A stretch of 63,864 nucleotides of DNA, the filler included, from Cercozoa sp. M6MM (taxonomy: Eukaryota > Protista > Endomyxa: Ascetosporea): NCBI GenBank assembly GCA_040357565.1. It is 9 parts of 9 records of this genome, joined end to end, with 100 filler letters (N's around TTAATTAATTAA, not from the genome) between each part and the next. Parts side by side here need not be neighbours in the genome. Positions count along the whole stretch, not along the records: positions 27,682 to 52,172 come from JBDODJ010000157.1; positions 52,273 to 55,579 come from JBDODJ010001510.1; positions 55,680 to 58,449 come from JBDODJ010001698.1; positions 58,550 to 60,673 come from JBDODJ010001839.1; positions 60,774 to 62,169 come from JBDODJ010002044.1; positions 62,270 to 63,864 come from JBDODJ010001981.1; 3 more parts are not named here. One strand, written 5' to 3'. A model generated the notes under the pieces. The model searched no databases, had not been told where the DNA came from, and worked only from the letters and a program-made list of their open reading frames with translations. Every line of letters starts with the position of its first letter. The first letter of the stretch is position 1. A program made the translations under genes and the position numbers. Below are positions 50,301 through 62,668 of the stretch, piece by piece.

Positions 50301-50703
50301 CGAGGGCACACTGCCGTTCGCCACCACCATCAAGAAAGGGTAAATATATTTAACAAGTATATTTGCCGTCAGCGAGTTTCGTTCCTTTCTTAATTTATCC
50401 AGTACTGATGAGGTGATGGATGAGGAGCGACGACTGTGCTACGTCGCCATGACACGTGCCAAGGGTACGCGCTTGGGCAACGGACTTGTACATTATGGGT
50501 AAGTTTAACTTATGTTTACTCTGGACTCTGTGCGACATCAGAACGCTTGCTGGTGACGCACCCTCTCCGGTACCCGAGTTTTGGTGGCACTCTCGAGATC
50601 CCAAATGCTGTTCTTTTATTGGAGGGTGGAATGTAGCAAAAGTCGCTTCCTGGCACCTCTTGATTCGCTACCTTCCGCCGAGGTATTACTCGGTGTAGTG
50701 TGA
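46919..50703 (+). CDS. UvrD/PcrA/Srs2-like superfamily 1A DNA helicase
   Basis: LNERQLEAV (Q motif), AGPGTGKT, LTFTNKAAREM, TFHSFC, LIDEFQDTN, VGDADQSIYSWRGA, NYRST, TIHAAKGLEW, EERRLCYVAMTRAK, SRFL. All intron junctions checked are GT-AG. Confidence 0.95.
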
Positions 50704-51318
50704 TTGATGCCAGTCAGTCATTGTGAAACCACACAGTTAAATTCTCACTCTATTTAGGTCGAGTTTGTGGATTATACGACACCCAAGTCGGTAAATTACC
50801 TTCCTCTCTCAGCGCAGCATACTCGTTAGTCTCACTTCTGCTAGAGTTGTAACGAAAGCGCGAGAGACGCGAATTGAAGCAGCGCAAGTCTTGGATTGGT
50901 TTGATTTTCCCGACGGCGACGATTGGGCTGTACAGGACAGGTCCGCCATGCATCGCTTGCGTAATAGATAGATAAAATAGTAGGGTCCGTCAAGGAAACT
51001 TGGGAACGAAGCCCACAACGCCTAACGGTTGGATTTTGCAAAAAACGCCCCGCCGATCCGGCATATCCGAAATTGGGAATGGAATAATAAATCATGATGA
51101 ACGTCGACTGAAACTGGCGGTGAATGTGTGAAGTGGCGATTGAAACTACTCGATTATCCAGTCGAGTCAAGTCAAGTCGTAAAGTCAGTCTCACGGTCAG
51201 TGCCTTGTGTTGTTTGGGTTTCCCTGACGGCGCTGCGTTAAAGACCTTTACCAACGGACAAAATCGCACAATTGGTGCTATGGTACCAGGAAGGGCAGGC
51301 CAGGTCACTGGTTACTGA

Positions 51319-51662
51319 TTACATTGACGAGATTGGATCCTCGTGCAGTGCACAAACCAGGCGATTCACGCTGTGCCGCCGTTCCTTCTCGCGCAACCAG
51401 GGACATCCGTACTCGCGCAACCACGACGGCAGGTACAGCTGCGGAAACACACACACACATCGACCTCAAAACCCTGCGAAACACTGTCCATGGTCAGTAG
51501 ACAGGGTACAACAGCAACAGAGATGCCAATTCCCGTCAAACCCCCGTACAAGCTCCCTTCCAGTAGGCCGCGGAGGTGAAATCTTCCTAAATGGGTTTTC
51601 GACCGCAAACCGAGAGTCTGTTGTGATAAACTTCTCCCCGTCCCAAACACCCTTGCGATCAT
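51319..51662 (-). CDS. Small hypothetical protein with a basic N-terminus and one hydrophobic segment (possibly mitochondrial)
   Basis: ATG at 51662, one GT-AG intron: MIARVFG...YGGLTGIGISVAVVPCLL...GFE|LYLPSWLREYGCPW...ISSM*. Confidence 0.35.
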
Positions 51663-51711
51663 CGCAAAACAGTCGCTCGCTGCAATGTGGGCACTGTGAC
51701 GAGCGACCGGA

Positions 51712-52072
51712 TTAAGGCCCAGTGCAATCTAACTGCGAACCAGTTGGCACCACTACTTGGCTCGATCGATCAGCTGGCTTGGCTACAGTGCAGCACAAAA
51801 AAAAAACGTTGTTTGTCGACCGACACAATGCAATGTTTTTAATGTTGTGTTTGTTTTTTTTGTTTGTCAACCGACGCAATGCAATGTTTTGGCTGTTAAA
51901 GCTACTTGTAAAGCACTTGTTACTAAAACTTGCGCTTGAGCCGTCGCAGGAAGGAAGCCTGTTCCTCCGGCGTCCCGACACCGGGCGACCTGGGTGTGTC
52001 GCCGCCGTTCTCGGACTGCGTGCCGCTGTCGACGCGTTGCAGAGTGGCGAATTCGTGCACCAACTCGAGCAA
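51712..52072 (-). CDS. 3' exons of an unidentified gene, 5' truncated
   Basis: Acceptor after a (TC)n intron, then LLELVHEFATLQRVDSG...FLRRLKRKF, with a possible further exon ending TAA at 51714-51712. Confidence 0.4.
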
Positions 52073-52089
52073 CTGTGTCGCACAGATCA

Positions 52090-52172
<83 letters not shown>

Positions 52173-52277
52173 NNNNNNNNNNNNNNNNNNNNNNNNNNNN
52201 NNNNNNNNNNNNNNNNTTAATTAATTAANNNNNNNNNNNNNNNNNNNNNNNNNNNNNNNNNNNNNNNNNNNNGTTAT

Positions 52278-52329
<52 letters not shown>

Positions 52330-52339
52330 GAGAGAGATT

Positions 52340-52635
52340 ACGCTTCTTCAGCGCCTTTTCTTCGTCCATGATCTTCGTGTATGGCGCTGAATTCAGCGTG
52401 AGGGAATCGGTTGCTACCGAGGCCCTCACAAACCGAGACTGAAAGCAGCGATGCTCCTTTTTTGTCGCCTCGGATGAGACGGGTAGCCCCTGCTCGCGCA
52501 GTGCACAAGGCAATGCAGGGTGCAGTTGCACACAGGGCCAAGGTTGCACCTACTAGACTGTAGTGTACGCACAGATCGTCCTCGTTTTTGCCGACAACAT
52601 CCGCATGATCTGTGATCATCTTCTGGCTGTTTCAT
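52340..52635 (-). CDS. 5' exons of an unidentified gene, 3' truncated
   Basis: ATG at 52635, an open exon ending IMDEEKALKK, then a GT donor and a (TG)n intron running into the linker. Confidence 0.35.
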
Positions 52636-52941
52636 AATTTGTGTGTCTGAAGACGGCTTTATTGTATAAACAGCTACCCCACGTTTGATGTATGAACTAC
52701 AAGTACTTCATCAACGGAAAAGAAGGCGGAACACATGAAATCTGACGATCTGATCGCGAGGTTCATGCTGGCAATGCACGGCAATATCGACACGGTTGGT
52801 GCACTTAGTTGGGTCGAATTTCGTTTGTAGCTGTTTTGTAGACCGCCAAACAGTGTCCCAAACACAGATCCGGCGAGCAGGTTTTTTGGTGGGACCGTCG
52901 AAATTCGGGTGCTGAAGGAGAAGAGCAGGACGTGGCTGTAG

Positions 52942-55456
52942 ATGCCGCCACGGCGTCCATACGGCAGGCAACGCAGCTTACCGCTAAAGCGTGAAAAAAT
53001 TGAGAAGAAGCCTGCGAGAAGCGCGAGAAGCAGCATTGCGCAGAGCGACTACAGTTTTGAGCAGTGGGATCTCGAGGATATCGAGGAACTCGAGGAGCCG
53101 CCGCGCAAGCGATTGCGAGGTCCGCTTTGATGTCTTTAAAAGTGATGTCTTCTCTTCCTTTTTGTCTCTTCTCTCCTTGGTGAGACTCCAGCTTTTCTCC
53201 TTCTCTGTGCAGTGAGTTCGCCCAAGCAGTTGCCGAAGACGGTGCGTGTGTCGTCGCGCGTGTCGCCAGTCGCCAGCCAGACCAGGGCGACGCAAACACG
53301 GCCGACTTTTGTGCATGTGAAGCAAGAAATCAACATCACCAGACTTGTGGAAGGAGCAGGTGGAACAGCTGGAGCTGGAGGAGGTTCCTCAGTGGCAGGC
53401 AGGTCGGACAACCACAAGAGTACCAAGAGGAGCACCTCATCGTCAGCAGCAGTACAGGCGACACAGCCTCAGCAGCAACAGCCGCCGTTGATGACTCAGC
53501 AGCTGCCAATGACGCAGTTTCCAATGACGCAGTTGGCTATGCCGATGACGCAGATCTCAGAGACACAGCTCAACATCGACCCGGGCAGTCTGTCGGCGCC
53601 GGCGCGCAGCTTTGTCGTCAAGGTCAAGCAGCAGAACGCCCTGCTGCGCAAGCGTCTGCGCCAGCAGGTGCCTTCTCCTCTCTCTTCTCTCTCTTCTTTC
53701 TCTCCTCGCTCTTCTCTCTCTCCTCTCTCCTCGCTCTTCTCTCTCCTCTCCCTTGACTGCACGTACTGTGCATGTGTGGCTGTGTGTACATTGTGCAGCT
53801 GTTGCAAGAGGAGCGAGAAAAGGTGCTGCGACGACAGATGCAGCAGCAGCAGAAACGAGCACACGAACGCTACGTCAAAGTCAAGAAGCAAAATCGACAG
53901 CTGCGTCAGCACACTGTACTGCTGTAGATATGCAGATACGTTCTAACGCTTTTTTGTACATTTTCTGTGCACATGTACACGTGTATGTTGGCAGGACAAG
54001 ATGCAGAAGGCACTGCAGGAGGCCAAGGCCAAGGAGACGGAGCAGCAAAAGTCCGAGCACGAGGCGCTTTGTCGTCTGCACGTGGCGGCCAGAGTGGCAT
54101 CGGCTCTCATGATGCCACGTGCCACCGACTCGATGGAACCCGTATCGGCACTGTGTACGGCCATACACAACGCATTGCAGTCGCGGCGGGCCGATCAGGA
54201 CGCGTGCGGCTGTCTGCCGGTCGCCACGCTGCAGAGTGCCGCGCGTCGACTGCGTGCCGCCACCTCGGCTCTGTCGACACTGCAGCACTCTGTAGGCCAA
54301 GCTGTCTCAGAGTTTACTTGAGTACCCTGCATCCTCCGTGTATGTGTAGGGTGTCTGCGAGACTGTCTCGACAATGCCAGTCCCTGGTCTGAGTGCACTC
54401 GTGTCTCTACTGGACGCCTTAATGAGTAGCCATTGCTGTAACAGCTGCGCACAGTTAGTGCACTGGTGTGTGTGTGTGTGTATAGCCCTGATGGACAGTC
54501 GAAACGAAGCTGTTCTGCAGAGCACTTTGGCCGTGCTGTCTGCTGCTATTGCGGCGAGGTAATTCTGGTCTTTGTTTTGTGTTGCCATCCGAGCTGTGAC
54601 TGACCAAAATGGAGATGCATGCTTTGCTGCAGTGGAGGGGTGGTCCGCGACCTGCTGCTTTTGCAGCCGAACACGCATCCGTCGGATGCGCAGCGACTGC
54701 GCTCTCTGAGTGTGTATCATTGTTGTTGTTGTCCCTCTGTTTGTGTGTTGATACAGGTGTCTCGCAGAGAAGAGATGCCGCCTGACTCGACTGTAGTGAG
54801 ACTTCCGGACAACCAGGCTCTGCTCTGGCCCGACGACTTTGCTGTCGCCGGTGATATCACCGTCCCCAACATCACCGACCGCAGCTCCGACAGCTGCAAC
54901 GTTGCAACGACCGAGGACACGGTCCATCCCAAAACACAGAAGGTCGAGTTGCGACTGCATGATCCGGAGCGAGGTCAGGTGCTGCTGCAGCTCGGCACGT
55001 GCGCCACACTCGGTCCGCGCATCTTCCTGGACCAGGAGGCGCTGCAGCACCTCTCGGCAGCAGGGTAGTTTCCTCCCAGTCTATGTATGTATATATATAT
55101 ATATATTTATTATATTTGTTTATTGATTATAGATGTATGCTTGAACTACCATAGGAGCGAGAGTGTCGACGAGACCAGAGACGATCAGTCGGACCGAGAG
55201 AAGGTGCTGCAGGAGTGGCACCGGAGTGCTCGGGTGCGACGTCGTTCCTTGCTGTACCTGGTGCTGCAACTGCTGCGACGCGTCCTGCAGCCGCTGCCCT
55301 ACTCGCTGGCGGGTCAGAGTCTCGCACGTGCCGACTGGCCTCGTAGAGGCAGGTGGTTACAACGCTCGGCGCGGCCGTTGTTGGACCCGTCCGAGGAGGA
55401 CATCGAACGACGCAAGCGCGTTGCTTCTATCGTGAGAGAGTTGCCGCCTGACGATG
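52942..55456 (+). CDS. Protein with acidic N-terminal motif, S/TQ cluster, coiled coil and helical C-region; ATRIP-like candidate, 3' truncated
   Basis: FEQWDLEDIEELEE, eight S/TQ sites including MTQ x4, coiled coil VKQQNALLRKRLRQQ...KALQEAKAKETE, then Leu/Ala-rich helical exons. Confidence 0.5.
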
Positions 55457-55515
55457 GTAAACACACAACTTTCTCGACCCGTATCTGTATTTATTTATTT
55501 TATGTATGTATACTA

Positions 55516-55579
<64 letters not shown>

Positions 55580-55737
55580 NNNNNNNNNNNNNNNNNNNNN
55601 NNNNNNNNNNNNNNNNNNNNNNNTTAATTAATTAANNNNNNNNNNNNNNNNNNNNNNNNNNNNNNNNNNNNNNNNNNNNCACACACACACACACCGCTCT
55701 TCTCTCACTTTGGCACCGTGGTTTGTGTGTTGCTTAG

Positions 55738-56744
55738 ATGCTGGAGAACTGGGTGTTTGAAGCCGACGTGCTGCGCAAACTCTCAAGTCACTGGGAGAAT
55801 CGTATTTCTGCTTCCTCGATTTTGAACACTTATGCAGCAGCAAACAGTGTTTGACTCGCAGAGGAACCGCTGCCGGAGACTCTGTGCCAGCAATTGGGTA
55901 TTTTGAGGCATACGTTTTCTTAACTGGACTGTCATTTACTGCCTGTGTGACAGGTCGCAGCCGTCAAGTCAATGTCGGCATTACCTTCGCGCGCCAGATG
56001 GCGATGGTAGTCTTCCGATCTGCCTTTCGGGGTGTCTGCACCTATGAGTGTGTTCAGAGCGGCATGGACAGAGCGCTGCACAGTGAGACGCCGGCCACAG
56101 ATCTTGAACTTTTGGGTGCCTCTTTATTGTGTACAGTACTGCGTCATTTGATTTGTATCCTTTTGGTCTTTTAGGCAACGAAAAGTTGATGCAGATTATG
56201 AAGGTAGCAGCTTGCCACTAGCATTGTAGAGGTGTCCTCCATGTGTTGTGGTTTAGATCAAACCGGCGGATGGTGCAACGACATTGTCGCACTTTGGACA
56301 CATGTGCGGTGGTTACGACTCACGCTACTACAGCTACGCCTACTCTGAAGGTACTTTGCGTGCGTCAGTGTGTCCAGTGTCTATGTGCACATGCCATTGA
56401 CTATGTTTTAATGCTCAGTCTTCGCCTTCGATCTGTTCGAGCAGTTCGCGCAGAAGCAGGGCGGCGTGTTTGACTCCGAACTTGGTGCGACTCCTTTTAG
56501 TCCTACCCTCCTTTTACTCCTACCCATGAAGCTTTCTGATGAGAACAAATTGCTTTTTGGACCTAGGTGCCAAATACCGTGATGTCGTGCTGGCGCCGAT
56601 GGGATCACGCTCGGTACGCTGAGAGAGTGGTCTTGTCATCACCCAAATGACATGTTGTTGCAGGGCGGTGATCTCCTGCGCGGTTTCCTGGGACGTGCTG
56701 CACGCAGCGACGCCTTCTTTCGCCTCAAGCTTGGCATTGAGTAA
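55738..56744 (+). CDS. C-terminal part of an M3A oligopeptidase (thimet oligopeptidase/neurolysin-like)
   Basis: MLENWVFEADVLRKLSSHW, EPLPETL, FGHMCGGYDSRYYSYAYSEVFAFDLF, GAKYRDVVLAPMGS, LLRGFLGR...AF; stop TAA at 56742-56744. Confidence 0.92.
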
Positions 56745-57437
56745 ATTCGCTGGTCGTGACTTCGCCTGAAGACCCATGTGCCGTGCATCCTGCAATACCT
56801 CCGCTCGTAATCGCACGATCTAATTGCAATTGATTCAGTGCAACGCAACGCAACTGTTACGGTATGGAAACCAGTAACTAAGGTATTGAAGACGACTAAA
56901 TACGATAAAGGAAGTAACGTAAAACGTCAGTTAGAATGGCGTGGATGCGGAGGATTAGAAAAGGTCGTCGAAAGCTCGAAGGCTTGTTGATGACAATTAA
57001 AAAAAAACAACAGCCCAAGCACTGCAGTCAAAGTGCGTGAGCTGTAGAAAGCTTGACCCAAGCTAAGAAGTCAGGTCTAGCTAAACAAATCCTTCACTAT
57101 TAACCATACGGGTTCAGATTTGATCGTCCGCGCTGACGAGTAGTCAGATGACAACTTGACTGGTTGAGAAACGCTATGCCGTAACACAACTGTAGGTTCG
57201 GCACAGCTCCAACGAATAATAAGCGGGGACGTTGCCGCGTTCAAGTCATCTGCGGCACGGATTTCGTTCGGAGAATCCTGGCACGTGGCAGCATGCAGCG
57301 TGCCTGTACCGTAGCTTTGTTGGGCGTCTAATTTGAAAGTTTAAGTGAAGCACTCCGCTCGTGCGCATTCAGTCTGCTAGTATGCTTGCAAGCCGGGAGC
57401 TCGACCGCTGGCAAAAGAGCTGGATCGAAGTTTCATT

Positions 57438-58340
57438 GTGGGGTTCGTTCAACTGAGTGAGATTGAAGAGTGGCGTTCATGCTTCGATTTGTTGAGTGTA
57501 GCGTTCGCGATCTCACTCAGTGTTCCGCTGGCTGGCGTCGGATTAAAGATTCTTACGCGCGGCTGGTTGATCAAACGCATTCACTACATCGCTCTCCTAT
57601 CCATTATATGTGCTCTGGCAGTGGTATCGATACGTCCTTCACGATCCATTGCTCGCTTGTGCAAGAATATACTAATTTAGGCCTGGGTCGCCTTTGCAGT
57701 CCTTCGGGGGAGCAATTTTTCCAAACCTCGGCTCTTCTTCGCTGAAAGAACCCCGACGCTGTTGCGCATGCTGCTGCTTCCCATCGGCACACTCGTGTTT
57801 GTGGTGACGTTTTACCTCACAATGGGATCACAGATTCTGTACCAAGAGAATGTGACACCAATGTACTTCATGTGCTGGCTGCTTGTTGTCGGCGACTTCG
57901 CCCTTCTTTTGAGCTCGTGGGCTTCCTTCCTTTCACTGTCAATTCAGTTTGAGTGCAATCATGTTGTTTGCCCTTTGGGCTCTATAGTTTGGTCCTTCTC
58001 TTGAGGGAGATGCGCTCAAACAGTCTTGGTTACTCTCGCGGGGAATGCGCTGGCGTCGTGCTCTTCGACATGGTGCGTATTGCATTGACTGCGCGCGTGC
58101 TGCTCCCATTTGAGTACATGCTCGCAAACGCTCACCATCGGTGGCGCAAGCTACGTCTTCTCGTCGTGTGGATGCTCGTCTTTGTGTTCGTATTCCAAAA
58201 TCTGCTTGACTCGCAACTGTAGGTATGCGCGATTATTACCCCGCGTACAGGCACTGACGGCCCTGCTGGTGTACCCTCTGTCTGAGCGCGAAGACCTCCT
58301 CCACAGTCGCTGGCCGGCGCGGACTGCAACTGCTTTTATG
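57438..58340 (+). CDS. Multi-pass membrane protein of unknown function, 3' truncated
   Basis: Several hydrophobic segments across spliced exons (LLSVAFAISLSVPLAGV; IALLSIICALAV|AWVAFAV; LLLPIGTLVFVVTFYL; MCWLLVVGDFALLL). Start codon uncertain. Confidence 0.5.
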
Positions 58341-58360
58341 CATGCGAATGACAGCCACTT

Positions 58361-58732
<372 letters not shown>

Positions 58733-58740
58733 ATGGATAG

Positions 58741-59638
58741 ATTCAAGACATTGCAGAGCAAGCAACCTCCATTATCGGCGACTCTCCGACGCCTGAAACG
58801 ATGCAAAATCTTCTTGGTTTCGCTCGGGCTGCTCGCGCAGACCTGCGTCGCGTGATTCAGAATCCGGCTGCCAACGACGCGTACAAGAAGGCCGTGCGCG
58901 CTCTGCAGATCATTCGTGCACCGTCGATTGAGGCTGCGTGTCACAGGGAGGCGGACGATGACACAAAGCAGGCGATCTGGCTAGAAGTGGTACAGTTACA
59001 TGCGCACTACCGCTGTTTCTTTTTTAAATCTGTGTATCAACAGATTTTCTTCCTGGCAAGTCCGGATCACGTCGCCACTGAGGACCTTCAGTCGGAGGGA
59101 TTGCTGTTCGAGCTTAACGCGGCCCTGGCCCGGAATCACAATCGTCTGTCGGCGGCCACTGTAGCAAAATATCCAACCAAGTGCAGCAACACACAGTTTA
59201 CTTTGTATCACATTCTAAGTTTAGGCCCAACATGACAAGCTGGAATGCATTCGCAATCGAAAGAAGTTGCTTACTGCAGCGGTACTAGTTAGACGTTGCG
59301 CCCACACTTGCGCTTGGGAATTTGTTTTTTTTTCGCAGGCTCCTGTCTGGCGCCGCTTCGCAGACCAGCTTACTGAACAGCTCTCGGACCAGCCGACGGA
59401 CTGTGAATCAATGCGGTCCACGGTTCTGGGAATGCTGGATTTCCTTAATATCTGTCGGACGCTGCCTTGGAACGACTTCGATAGCCAAGGCAGAGACGGA
59501 CCTAGAGTGAACGATGTGAATGCAGTGCTCGCACTGCTTAACCTCGTGCACATTAAACGTAGCCAAGCCCTGCGGCGGCCTGATGACGAGCTTCTGCAGC
59601 TGATTTGGCAGCAGACACAGCGCGGGATCTTTCGTTGA
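58741..59638 (+). CDS. 3' exons of an unidentified helical protein, possibly continuing the preceding membrane protein
   Basis: Open exons ...MQNLLGFARAARADLRRV...IWQQTQRGIFR*. Both sides of the 58450 linker carry (TG)n in the same orientation. Confidence 0.5.
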
Positions 59639-60632
59639 CTGGCATTTTTCGTGCTTCACTAAAAACGAGTAATGTGAAGCAGTCTGCACACGGTTTTAGC
59701 TGTTTTTCGTATGATACTGCTGAGACGAGAAATATCAATCTCTTCCTTGGCGATTCGGGTGGAATTTCAGTGCAAAATACGCAGTCAAAGTTTGATTTTG
59801 CCAGTTCCTCTGGGGTGGAAGGATCCCGTCGCGCAGCGTGGCGAACATGGGTTCTAAAGATCTCGACGCAGGTATCCGCGCGGATGCGAATACAAAAAAG
59901 AAATAGCGCATCCGTATTCCACCGGCCGCTTAAGTTTAGGTGCCAATTCCCATGTGGGCCAACTGGTGAAGCTCGGCAAGCCGGGCAATCTGGTGAACTA
60001 CTAAGTTTACCTGAACCACATGGACACGCACTTGAGCGACTCTGCAGTTCCGTTGCCATGAGTCGTAGCTAACTGATAACTGATAGCTGTTATTGACAGC
60101 GCGGTTGTTTCTGCATTTTCCCAGGTACCCGCGCAGTCGGGGCACTAGCTTACTTCGCGTTTTTGTAGTCGTTGTTTGCATCCCTTGCAGTTGGGAGTCC
60201 TTAGTTGTCTCTGGCATTGCATTCATTGCACTTTCGCGGTATTTGGGCATAGTTGTAAATTTAGTACTTGAAGCTTCCAAGTCTGGTGCAGAGGAATCTT
60301 GAAAGTGTGCGGATGTCTGCGATGGTGAGTTTGCGCTCTTTGGCTATTCTGAGGAGTTTGTTTGAGTTCCTGATATGTTTCCTGGGGTTTCTGACGTGTG
60401 TCTTCTGTAGAGCTCTGACTCTGGCTCTTCTGAGAGTCACATATTGTATTATAGGATGTCTATCTTCAAGGCTTTTGGCGCAGGAACTTCCGAAGTTCGG
60501 AAACCGTTGAACACTGTGACATCATGACATGACACTGTGACACAGCATCACCTCTTCAAGTCGCCAAAGAGTCAATATGGCATGTGTATCATAGATTGTC
60601 ATTGTCCGGTGTGTCACAGTGTGTATGTATGT

Positions 60633-60673
<41 letters not shown>

Positions 60674-60773
60674 NNNNNNNNNNNNNNNNNNNNNNNNNNN
60701 NNNNNNNNNNNNNNNNNTTAATTAATTAANNNNNNNNNNNNNNNNNNNNNNNNNNNNNNNNNNNNNNNNNNNN

Positions 60774-62067
60774 ACCCGCGAACAGGCGCACTCGATGCGC
60801 ACAACACGTTCCAGGATATCCTCGAGTCGCTGCAGCCTGGTACACTTGGATCCCAGTTTGGACTGTTCCTGGGTGGTCTGTTTGGACGGTTGATTTGGAC
60901 ACGTGTGTGTGTGTGTGGTTAAAGGTGCGATAAATCTGTCGTTTTTCCCGGACCGACGTGGCTCGGTGTGGCGGCGACTGCGGCGACTCTGGCGTCGCGG
61001 ACACTTCATGAACGTCGACGTGCTGCGCGACTGCTTGTGCGTGGCCGCTTTACCCCCTGTTTACCCCCTGTTTACCCCCTGTTTACCTCCCTGTTTACCC
61101 CCTGTTTACCTCCCTGTTTACCCCCTGTTTACCCCCCTGTTTACCCCCCTGTTTACCCCCCCTGTTTACCCCCCCCCCCTGTTTACCCTGTATGTCGCAG
61201 GAGAGACAACATCGGCGATCAGACCTTTGCCGAGGCCTACCAACGCACCGGACGCATCCTCAATATCACTGTACCTACCGTCTCTATCTGGGGGTGTACC
61301 TAGGGGAGTAAACAGGGGGTATACAGGGGAGTATAATGGGAGTATATTGAGGTATAATGAGGGGGTAAACAGGGGGGTATACAGGGGACTAAAAGCGCAG
61401 GTGAGCACCTGCGACCGCACGCGGCACGGACAGCCGCGTCTACTGAATTTCCTGACGGTACTGTCCATATGTACCTGTCCATATGGACCTGTCCATATGT
61501 ACCTATCCCGTGTGTATGGTCCATTGTACCTGTCCATGTGTACGGTCCATGTGTGTATGGTCCATATGTACCTGTCCATGTGTCCAGGCACCGGACGTGG
61601 TGATCTGGTCGGCCGCACTGGCCAGCTGTGCCGTGCCGCTCGTGTATCCGCCGGTGGCGCTGCAGTGCCGCCGCCGCGACGGTCGCATTCGGCCCTTCCT
61701 CGACGCTGGCACGCAGTTCGGTTTTACCCCCCTGTTTACCCCCTGTTTACCCCCTGTTTACCCTGTTTAGCACCTGTTTACCACCTGTTTAGCACCTGTT
61801 TACCTCCCTGTTTGCCACCTGTTTCCACCTGTTTAGCTTCCTGTTTGCCCCAGTTTACCTCCCTGTTTATTTCAGTTTACCTCCTGTTTTACCCTCAGTT
61901 TACCTCCCTGTTTGGCCTCCTGTTTATCCCCCTATTTACCCCTGCTTACCCCTGTTTACTCCCCTGTTTACCTTTCCCCCGGACAGCGGACGGCAGCGTG
62001 GAGCATGACCTGCCGATGACGCGACTGAGCGAACTTTTCAACGTCAATCACTTCTTGGTGTCGCAGG
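60774..62067 (+). CDS. Internal part of a patatin-domain triacylglycerol lipase (SDP1/TGL3-5 family)
   Basis: LRDNIGDQTFAEAYQRTGRILNIT, PRLLNFLTAPDVVIWSAALASCAVP, DGSVEHDLPMTRLSELFNVNHFLVSQV. Confidence 0.95.
61048..61190 (+). repeat. Intronic C-rich minisatellite (TTTACCCCCCTG)n; the family recurs at about 17320-17400, 27520-27581 and 61720-61980, and inverted at 26938-27012 and 61300-61390
   Basis: Direct inspection of tandem ccccctgttta units. Confidence 0.92.
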
Positions 62068-62318
62068 TGGGGTCACTCTACCCCCCTTCTTACCCCTATC
62101 CTTCTTACCCTCTCCTTCTTACCCCCCTCCTTCTTACTCCCCTCCTTCTTACCCCCTTTACCCCCTTAANNNNNNNNNNNNNNNNNNNNNNNNNNNNNNN
62201 NNNNNNNNNNNNNTTAATTAATTAANNNNNNNNNNNNNNNNNNNNNNNNNNNNNNNNNNNNNNNNNNNNGGGGGGGGGGGGGCAACAGAGGGTAGCGGGG
62301 GAGGGGTAACAGGGGTAC

Positions 62319-62620
62319 CCGTGCCAGCAGCAACGGCAACGACGTGATCAAACTCCGACATGCGTTCGTCGTACCGCAGCACACTGTTCCTGAAGGGGGG
62401 TAAAGGGGATACTCAAGGAGTGGAGTGAAACTTACCTCAGGTGCACAGGGAAGGACACTAATATGGTCTGCTTGCGCGGCAAATCACAGATGTAACGAGC
62501 CACTCTGCCCTCTGCGAATGACACATCTGGAGGGGGTAGAGGGACATATACATGGGTACTGTTGGGATACGTCTTGACCAGCAGGTTAATAAAGCCCTAC
62601 AGTATGTAGGTCGCATCAGC

Positions 62621-62668
<48 letters not shown>

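Noticed and set aside
60058-60510. Possible small multi-exon gene
   Set aside because: Splice-like signals are present, but I could not build a coherent, recognisable reading frame.
61048-61190. TTTACCC-type repeats as interstitial telomeric DNA
   Set aside because: The G-strand reads GGGGGGTAAACA, not a TTAGGG/TTTAGGG/TTGGGG-type unit, and telomere identity cannot be shown here.
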